Under the pieces are notes generated by a model. It made no database searches and was not told the origin of the DNA. It saw only the letters and a program-made list of their open reading frames with translations. Below are positions 54,722-64,000 of a stretch of DNA of 64,000 bases, piece by piece. Position 1 is the stretch's first letter, and the number at the start of each line of letters is the position of its first letter. The translations under genes and the position numbers were made by a program. Location of the stretch: assembly GCF_006345805.1 (NCBI RefSeq), contig NC_043019.1, positions 6,385,360 to 6,449,359 of the forward strand, read 5' to 3'. The stretch comes from Octopus sinensis (taxonomy: Eukaryota).

Positions 54722-55093
54722 TGAATTAGGGTAAATGTTTTTAAATTTTCACCTAATTTCTGAATTACTAATACTTGGCGGTGTGAGTTATGGCTGCTTT
54801 TTCTGGTGGACGAGTGACCTGTTGGGGTCACTCCTAAATCGTTATATTTATATATTTAGTCGATGACTATTTTCTCTTTTTCACCAGGCCGCTGGTTGCG
54901 ATAAATTTCTATTGAATTTTTTTGCTACCCTAAATTGACTAATTGATAATTTTCTGAATAATTCTGAGATTGAATCGGCAGTTATATTTACTGTTGATAA
55001 GTTTGGCGCGAATACGTCAGTCTTGAAAAATTTTAAGTCAGATATCCCGTAGGCATCGATACAGACGCCTCGTGTATATTTGTCTCTCCCAGG

Positions 55094-55195
55094 TCTTTTA
55101 CTGATGAAGTGTAACCTATGGTAGATTGGCTTAATTTAATTTAATTAAGCTAATTTAATCATTAATGACACAGAAACGTTGCAACGTCTAAAAGA
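55094..55195 (+). ncRNA. Type I hammerhead ribozyme, copy 5
   Basis: CTGATGA at 55101, GAAA at 55173, GTC ending at 55188. Confidence 0.78.
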
Positions 55196-55567
55196 TGAAT
55201 TAGGGTAAATGTTTTTAAATTTTCACCTAATTTCTGAATTACTAATACTTGGCGGTGTGAGTTATGGCTGCTTTTTCTGGTGGACGAGTGACCTGTTGGG
55301 GTCACTCCTAAATCGTTATATTTATATATTTAGTCGATGACTATTTTCTCTTTTTCACCAGGCCGCTGGTTGCGATAAATTTCTATTGAATTTTTTTGCT
55401 ACCCTAAATTGACTAATTGATAATTTTCTGAATAATTCTGAGATTGAATCGGCAGTTTATATTTACTGTTGATAAGTTTGGCGCGAATACGTCAGTCTTG
55501 AAAAATTTTAAGTCAGATATCCCGTAGGCATCGATACAGACGCCTCGTGTATATTTGTCTCCCCAGG

Positions 55568-55669
55568 TCTTTTACTGATGAAGTGTAACCTATGGTAGAT
55601 TGGCTTAATTTAATTTAATTAAGCTAATTTAATCATTAATGACACAGAAACGTTGCAACGTCTAAAAGA
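55568..55669 (+). ncRNA. Type I hammerhead ribozyme, copy 6
   Basis: CTGATGA at 55575, GAAA at 55647, GTC ending at 55662. Confidence 0.78.
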
Positions 55670-55893
55670 TGAATTAGGGTAAATGTTTTTAAATTTTCAC
55701 CTAATTTCTGAATTACTAATACTTGGCGGTGTGAGTTATGGCTGCTTTTTCTGGTGGACGAGTGACCTGTTGGGGTCACTCCTAAATCGTTATATTTATA
55801 TATTTAGTCGATGACTATTTTCTCTTTTTCACCAGGCGCTGGTTGCGATAAATTTCTATTGAATTTTTTTGCTACCCTAAATTGACTAATATA

Positions 55894-55944
<51 letters not shown>

Positions 55945-56473
55945 ATATATATATATATGTATATATTATATATATATTGTTGTTGTTGTGGTGGTTATCC
56001 TTATTATTATTTTTATTATTATCATCATTATCATCAACATCATCATTATTATTATTATTATTATCATTATTATATATATATATATAATATATGTGTAATT
56101 ATATATATGTATATATATATATATGTATGTATGTATGTGTGGATATGTATATATATATATATATATATATACACACGCACACACATATATATATATGAAC
56201 TAAGAAACAGAAGAAAAATTGAAGAACGGAGTGAACTGCTTCAGGGTTTATTGTTTTGTTCCGTTTGTTTTTTGTGTATTATTATTATTATTATGGGAGA
56301 ACTCATTCTTATGAAGCTCTCTCACTGGTCTTTCTTCAGGATCACATCCAAACCATTAACCAGCTACGAGTAAATTGCTTCGATAGCTACCAAACATACC
56401 AATATTACATAATTAACACATTCCTTTCTAACTGATATGTACATACTAATTGCTGGTAGGGACACCAACAGTA

Positions 56474-56915
56474 GGTGGTTCATAAACATTATATTATGTC
56501 AGCTTATTCATTTACTTCCTAAAATGGCAATTACAAGAATATACATACATGTATAACGTATTATGCTTTACATATAATATTAATATATTCTATATGTAAA
56601 GCATAATATGTTATACATGTATGTATATTCTTGCAATTGTCATTTTAGTAAATAAATAAGTTGACATAATATAATGTTGATATAATATAAAGTTGATGAA
56701 CCACCCATTGATCCCCTCCATTTTCTTATTGCTCTATAAATTAATGGTAAAATATCTTTTTACCTTCACCCATTTAGTACACTTGGTAATGTAATTGCAA
56801 AGCAATAAGAAACGCTTGTGTATTAATAATTAGGTATTCTACCAGCAGTATATTGGATAGATATTATCCCTTAGTTGGTTGGATTCACAACCTCTAATTT
56901 TCTTGGAATTACAAT
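56474..56915. mobile_element. AT-rich dispersed repeat with an inverted 5' arm (56474-56705); relatives at 17378-17890 (+) and 42115-42330 (-)
   Basis: Shares GTAAAGCATAATATGTTAT...AGTTGATGAACCACC and GATATTATCCCTTAGTTGGTTGGATTC segments with those loci; ends in (TA)n. Confidence 0.65.
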
Positions 56916-56967
56916 GTATATATATATATATATACACACACACATATATATATATATATACACACAC

Positions 56968-56999
<32 letters not shown>

Positions 57000-57040
57000 C
57001 ATGCATATATATATTATTTATATTATATGTGTATTTATAT

Positions 57041-57205
57041 AGGCGGAGGAGGTGGGTGTGTGGTAAGTAACTTGCTTACCAACCACATGGTTCTGGATTC
57101 AGTCCCACTGAGTGGCACCTTAGGCAAGTTTCTGCTATTATAATCCCGAGCCGACGAAAGCCTTGCAAGTGGATTTGGTAGACGGAAACTGAAGGAAGCT
57201 TGTCG

Positions 57206-57253
<48 letters not shown>

Positions 57254-57257
57254 TATA

Positions 57258-57288
<31 letters not shown>

Positions 57289-57390
57289 ATGTATGTATGT
57301 ATGTATGTATGTATGTATGTGTGTCTGAGTTAGTACAACACCGCTTAACAACCGTTGTCGGTGTGTTTACGTCCCCGTAACTTGCCGTTT
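57041..57390 (+). mobile_element. SINE family A, 3'-truncated
   Basis: Head and body similarity. Confidence 0.75.
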
Positions 57391-59956
57391 CTACATATGT
57401 ACCAAAATAGCAACTACAATTGCTAGAAATAAGACCGAAAATATAACTCGAATGGCCGCACAAAATCACCAACCTCATGAGATGTTCAAGGAACTGCGAG
57501 CTGTAAGCCACAACATCTTTCTCCGGCGAGATAAGACACGGTGAATGAAACCATTTGATAAGACCCTATCATATGATTTCGAAATTTAACCAATGAGGTT
57601 TCGTTTCTCTTCAGGGGAATTAACAAATTACTCCGGGTTGAAGAGATAGCTTGCTTCCCATTAGCTCATAAGGGGAAAATACACACACTCGCACTCACAT
57701 ACCTGTACGTATATATGTGTACGAGTGTGTACGTGTGTTTATAATGAAATAATAACGCATGGCTCAAAATATCTATACACGAGTGTCAATATTGTGGTTA
57801 TTTAGTTAACCATGCATAATACATAACAACGTTATTGAAACGCTTGTAGGGATGTTTTAAGCCGTCCATTCATATTTCTGTACTATCATGATACGTCGCA
57901 TAATATGATGGATCTACAGTAAACATTATACATTATACAACTGCTTAACATGGATTCTTATAATGATTAGTTGAATGAGCTAGAATATTTATATACTCTT
58001 TTGCAATGAATAAACTGTTATTATATGTTGAGGTTCTTCTAAGTCTATTTGCTTAGGTGTTTTGATCACCATAATTATGTGCGTGTTGTGTGTGTGTGTG
58101 TGCATGTATTACGTGGTATATCAGCCGAAACGTTGTGTTAACAACAAACAAGATATGGACAAATGTCCATGAAATGTAAATAATGTAAAGAATGTAAAGA
58201 ATTCCTCATCTCTTAAAATATATATATATATATATATATATTATCAAATAAAACATATGCATATATATATATATATACATATATGTACGCACCAACCTCT
58301 ACACGTATATATACACGCATATATGAGTACAGGACACCAAAAAAACGTCGAACACAATGAGAAACGAAAATATAGACACAAACCCAAGGAACTGGACATT
58401 TTTCTTAAACAACAAAAAAATAGAGTACAGGACAAATAACACAAGGAAAAAAAACTTTCTTCAGTCGCCATGGTTTCATCTACTCTACGTTTCGAAGGTG
58501 AAGGCGAGACGTAACTTCGAAAGAAACTTTCCTTCCTGCGAAAAGCAAATCAAATAAAATTTGAGATCTTTTTGCAGAGGGGTAAAAATGGTAACAAAAC
58601 CAGGCAGGACTGAACCGAATATCATGTGTTTTGGAGGTGACACATTCTTACCATACAGCCATGCCTTGGATGTAAAAAGCAAACATTACACTGAAAATAT
58701 TAATTTTCAGTGATATTCGAAAAGTTAAATCCAATTGATGCGAACTCTCCCAGAAAACCTAGCCCTTCCCTATCTTGAATCTCATTAAGCGTAAATTTTA
58801 AGATTAAAGAACAAGCATAAAGCAAGACACATTGAGTCAACACCCTCAGCTCACCCAGCAGCTTATCTCTCCACCCTGAAACATCATCGAAAGGGCTATA
58901 AAATAAACAGAAAAAGGACTAAATACCGAATAAACACTTGGAATCTTCAGCCACTCCTTTAAGAATCATCCGCCACTCTCTTAGTATGTCGTTAACAAAT
59001 GAGAAAAATGTGGAAAATGGATATAAAGAACAAGCAAGGGAAAATTTGATCCGAAGACTGAAAAGAAACATTAAAAATTACGATAATAACAAAACAATAG
59101 CGAGAAATGTCTAGCTTGTGCTTCAGTGTTTTATTACGCTACTCGTGGATTGCCAAGTAGATGGGAGCCATGTTTTATTGGGCGACTCCTGATTGGTCGA
59201 GACCTTTTATTATCGAAGCCATTGTTAATTGTTTCGGTCATGATTAGAGCAAGTACAAAACAAAACTAAATAAATAAATAAATGGGAATTTAATATTAGC
59301 TCGTAACCGAAATGAGAGTTTAATATTTCTTCTTAAAAAAATCTAATTTTGAGTTGTATTATTAACGCCATTGCCACCACCACCGCCACTACCATCGTAT
59401 TTTTTTATTAAGGCAGCGAGCTAGTGGAATCTTCAGTATGTCGTAAGATGGCATTTATTCTGGCCCTTTCCGTTCTGAGTTCAAATACCACTGAGGTCAA
59501 CTTTGGGTTAAAACCTTTCGGATTCAGAAAAATAAGTGCCAGTCAAATACTGAGGGTCGATGAAATTGACATGCAACCTACGCATACACACACACACACA
59601 CACACGCACACACACACGCACACACACACACACAAACAAACACGCACACACACACACACACACGCGCACACACACAAACACACACATTCACATGCACATC
59701 AAAATTGCTGTCCTTGTTCCAAAATTAGGAAGAATTCTAATTATTATTGAAGGCTGTGAGCACGCAGAATCGTTGTAAGTTCAAACTTCGCAGAAGTCAT
59801 CTTCCACATTCAAGTGGAGGTCGATAATATAAAGTACCAGTCAAGCACTAGCGTCAATGCAATCGTTGGCCTTGTACCAAATATTCTTTTCTACTCTAGG
59901 CTTAAGGCCTGGCATTTTGGAGGAGGGAGCAGTTGATTGTATTTTGAAAGCTTCAC

Positions 59957-61480
59957 CGTTTCTTTTTTTTTTTTTCTCTTGGTGATCCCATACAACTATA
60001 TCCGGTTTATTAGCCTTGATCTCTCTATCTGTGTGTATTGGCATATCCTAGCGTATGGCTGCTCTGTCAGTTTCTACGACCATTTCTGGGATATGCCTAT
60101 ACCATATTATTTCTCTTGCCATTCCATATTGTTGGCATAGGTTCCAGTGTATGTAGGTTCCGACACTGTCATGCACGTGGATATATTCCTTCTTAGCTAG
60201 GACTGGGCAGCCAGAGACAATGGTATATTGCTTCTGCTTTACTACATATTCTGCAGTTATTAATTCCAATTTTCTTCATTATATGTTTTTGTGCTTTCTT
60301 GTGAGGAGACTTCGGTCAGTTAGAAACCCTTCTGTCTCTGCTATAATTCCTGAGCTTCTCAGCCACTGCTGGGATTTTATTTTGTCTACTTCATTCCTTA
60401 ACTTAGTATTAGCCATGTAAGGGCTTTTCTTGCCCCCTTTTTTTCATGATACTTTGTTGTTCCAGCTTTAGTTTAGATTTAAGTTACTTTACAGCTTTTG
60501 TAATTTGCTCCTTTTCTTCATAGTTGTCTGGTACTATGACCTATTTCATGTATTTTTCAGCTTGCTTAAAGACAGAAAATTGTTGTTCTTTTGTTTTTTG
60601 GTTTTGCTCATATTTTGTGGCTGTTTGTATCAGTTTTCCTTGATTCTCAATTCAATATTTCTGTAGTTTTACGGTGATTATTTTATAGCAGTTTTCTAGG
60701 TGTATACGGTCCCTACCATCTTCAGTTTGTTGTATATGTAAACCTTCTATGTCAGATATAGAGTGGTATATTCTAAATTCCATCATCATTTTTCGTGTTT
60801 TCCTGTCTAGTTCATTCAGTGTCCAATAAAAATATTGTCACTGAAACTTATAACTGGGACGGCTAGAGTGTTCATATCTATTATCCGGTTTCTCGCATTG
60901 AGCTCTGTTTAAGTATCATCAATTCATCTATAGTGTTCCTTCCTTATCTTTTCTTTCATTTTTGCATATTGTAATGTATCTAGTTTATTGATTCCTAAGT
61001 ATTCGTACGTCTGGTTTTGGTCTAATTCTCTTATTTTATTTCGTTTACTTTATCTAGTGTGATATTGTTACTCTTAACTAGCTTTCCTCAAGGTTGCTTT
61101 TGTACATTTCCCTAAACCAAATTTCATGTTTATCTGTTCGGTAAATCCATGCATTGTCTGTAGTAATGTTCCCAGTTGTTTATCCTTTACAGCATAAAGT
61201 TTTAGATCATCCATATACAACAGGGGATTAATTTTTTATCGCAGCAGTTGTATCCACATCAAGTTCTGTTTAGCATGTCAGTTAAAGGCGTCAGTGTCAG
61301 ACAGAAAAGGAGTGGCGACAGCGTGTCTCCTTGGAATAATCCTCTTCTAATAGAGATGGCTTTAGTTTTTTAATAATGCCCTCCTTTGTCATGAGTTACA
61401 GCACTGTTTGTCATTTATTCATGACATGATTTACATATATTATTATTGTTGATGTTATCCTGTTCAAGACTAGTGTTTCT
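59957..61480 (-). pseudogene. Decayed R4/Dong-clade non-LTR retrotransposon: RT C-terminal half plus zinc knuckle/REL endonuclease
   Basis: RRGLFQGDTLSPLLFC, LLYMDDLKLYA, IVSGCPVLAKKEYI..HDSVG..IHW, TDREIKANKPDIVV; many stops and frameshifts. Confidence 0.85.
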
Positions 61481-61584
61481 AGGATTCATCTGTAGAGAAT
61501 ATTGTCAAAAGCCTTTCGATAATCGATTAAACTCGTACTTAGGCATACATTTTTTCTCGCTATATTCAGTTATAGCTGTATTTT

Positions 61585-62670
61585 TCATTATTATTATCAT
61601 TGCCTTTGCACAGCTTTTAACGCTGCAGATGAACTACAGTGTCAGCTGTTTACTACCAGTGAACTAAGGTAACACCTCTTATTTTTCGAGCACCTTCCGG
61701 AGTATTCGAGCAGTCACAAGCAGTGCTGTTTTCTGCAAGTACTCCACCCTTACTGCAACCCCTATTTGGTCCACATACTTCTCGAGATTTTTGCTCACTG
61801 TTCCCAGAGCTCCGATAATTATTGGTACTACTGCTCCCTTTTTCCCACAACTGCTTAACTTCCCAAGCTAACCTGGCTCGACTTTTCTTTCTTCCTTATC
61901 GAATACTTTGTTTTCAGCTGGGCATGCTATATCATACACAACACAATCCAGTAATGTGGTATCATAACGTACGCCTTATGATAGTCGATCCATAACATGG
62001 CTAACTTACTTTTCCTTATCTTGCAGTGTCGGAGTACAGTTTTGTCTACTAGGAGTTGATCCTTGGTACCTCTGCACTTACGCTTGCAACCCTTCTGCTC
62101 ATGTGACAGGACTCCATTTTCTTCCAGGTGTTCACACATTGACTCTGCGAGTATTCCAGTCAATAACTTCCACATAAGTGGCAAACAGGATATCGGCCTG
62201 TAATTGTCTGCTGTATTGCCTTTTTTCGATGTTTTTCAGTCACAGCACTGTCCTAACCAATGTCAACCACTCTGGTGTTGCTTGGTTGACATTTAACAAG
62301 GTGTTGAGTTGCGCAGCTATTCGTGCATGATATTCACCAAACCTTTTGATTTAGTAACCTTGAACTTCATCTGGTCCCGGGGCCCTCCTCCTATTGCTCG
62401 ATTTTTTGGCTGATTTCATTCACTTCCTTAACTGAAATGACTAGTTCTGCCTGTTTTGGACAGACTACTGTTCTTGCAACCATTCAACATCCTTCTTGTG
62501 CTCCTTATCTTTCCTCCAAACGTCACCCCAAAATCTTTGACTTTCAACGGTATCTGGTATCAACTTTTCCTCTGTACACCTTCCATTTCTTCTGATATAC
62601 GCAGAATAACATATTCTGGTGGTAACTCTTCATTCCTTGGTCGTATCTTACCATCTTTGCTTTCTTTGCA
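61585..62670 (-). pseudogene. Second decayed R4/Dong-like LINE with a large internal deletion
   Basis: [42 protein letters not shown] and WIDYHKAY are joined directly to the C-terminal DIACP...VPIIIGALG...LQKTALL..ARILRKVLE*. A 3' UTR runs into (TAA)-like repeats. Confidence 0.85.
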
Positions 62671-63119
62671 ACGAGGCAGTCGATTAAAATACGATTAAAA
62701 TACGAACCAGTCATGTACTGGGGTCGATGTAATCCACTGAACCACTCCACCTATAATTTCTGACTACATGCCACATTTCGGAACCAATAAATTATGTTTT
62801 GTATTGGGCCCCTCTTTCTATATATTTGTATTTACACAACCCGACTCCTTATCGAATATTTTATAATCGCTTTGCATGAAATGTTTTCTATTGTTATTGT
62901 TAGTATGTGCCCTTGTGACTAATGACGGTAGGATTGTTATTGTTATTGTTGCTGTTCATTTTGAATTTTATGAATTATATTTTTCGGTTTTTTTTTTAAC
63001 TAAATTGAATCACTTGAAAGGTTTTGTGCGTAGAGTTTGCAGTTGCTGTGTTATGTTCTGTGTCCGTGCTCGTTTGGCTGACAATCATGTAGTTGTTAGT
63101 GATTATGATGTTCGCATTG

Positions 63120-63487
63120 TTGCTGTTGGCGATGATGGTGATTATGACGACGACGATTATATGATGATGATGATTTTGATGATGGTGATGATGATGATGC
63201 TGATGACGACGACGACGACGACGACGATGATGATGAGATGATGATGATGATGATGATGATGATGACGATGATAACGACGTCGGCGACAACAACGACGGCG
63301 ATGACGCTGCTGTTGCTGCTGATGATGATGACGACAACGATGTTGATAATTAAAATGAGAAGGAGTAGGATGACGATTTCGATGATGCTATTAACGTTAA
63401 TGATGATGATGTTGATGTTGATGATGCTGATGAGGCTGATGATAATGATAGTGATGGTGATGGTGATGATGATGATGATGATGATGA

Positions 63488-63574
<87 letters not shown>

Positions 63575-63790
63575 CAACGACATCGGCGACAACAACGACG
63601 ACGGCGACGACGCTGCTGCTGCTGCTGATGATGATGATGACGACAACGATGTTGATGATAATTAAAATGAGTAGGAGTAGGATGACGATTTCGATGACGC
63701 TATTTACGTTAATGATGATGTTGGCGACAATCACGATGATGAGGCTGATGATAATGGTAGTGGTGATGATGACAATGATGAAGACGATCG
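63120..63790. repeat. Compound (GAT)/(GAC) array with an internal ~300-bp duplication
   Basis: AATTAAAATGAG(A/T)AGGAGTAGGATGACGATTTCG occurs at ~63348 and ~63660. Confidence 0.9.
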
Positions 63791-64000
63791 TCATCATGTT
63801 GCTATTCCTATTCTTCAATCATTACTCACATTCATTTTTATGCGTCACAAATGACTAGATATCCAATAAACTTGACGCTCCCCTCACGCCATAAATAACC
63901 AACGCGCCCATGTTTAGTTCCATACCTCTGGTTTCGCATTACCAAATGTCATCCAAAAAATCACTTTTAATTTCATTCCTGCCACTTGTATTACTATACA

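Larger units (their letters stand above)
53101..55890. mobile_element. Head-to-head tandem array of a ~475-bp non-coding HHR-containing unit (retrozyme / Penelope-pLTR-like)
   Basis: About 2.7 units in one orientation (53101-54368), then about 3.2 units inverted (54366-55890). The array is flanked by (TA)n, has one HHR per unit and no internal ORF. Confidence 0.85.

Noticed and set aside
57585-57620. CTGAAGA-g-aaa-c-GAAA on the minus strand
   Set aside because: Stem II is only 1 bp and there is no stem I; likely chance.

Overview
AT-rich, repeat-saturated eukaryotic genomic DNA with no recognisable host gene. The tRNA-headed SINE families and the microsatellite load suggest an octopus genome (inferred from recalled repeat sequences, not from a database search). 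Nearly all ORFs in the track are microsatellite artefacts. Recognisable coding remnants are a full-length but dead mariner (3611-4887), an internally deleted mariner (~45000-45498), the C-terminus of a Chapaev/CMC-like transposase next to a 100-N gap, and two decayed R4/Dong-like LINEs (~59957-62670). Also present are a non-autonomous Helitron with a 156-bp tandem 5' array, two GG-ended MITEs with 8-bp TSDs, many SINEs, and an 8x240-bp tandem array. The most striking signal is a set of non-coding elements carrying Type I hammerhead ribozyme (HHR) motifs with palindromic stem III. The best example is a ~475-bp unit repeated about six times in a head-to-head (divergent) array inside (TA)n at 53101-55890, which resembles a retrozyme or Penelope-like-element (PLE) pLTR system. 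Several unrelated HHR-bearing and/or 5'-inverted elements occur elsewhere (7.9, 8.8, 16.2, 20.2, 48.6 and 49.6 kb). Coordinates were read by hand; SINE and LINE ends are approximate.
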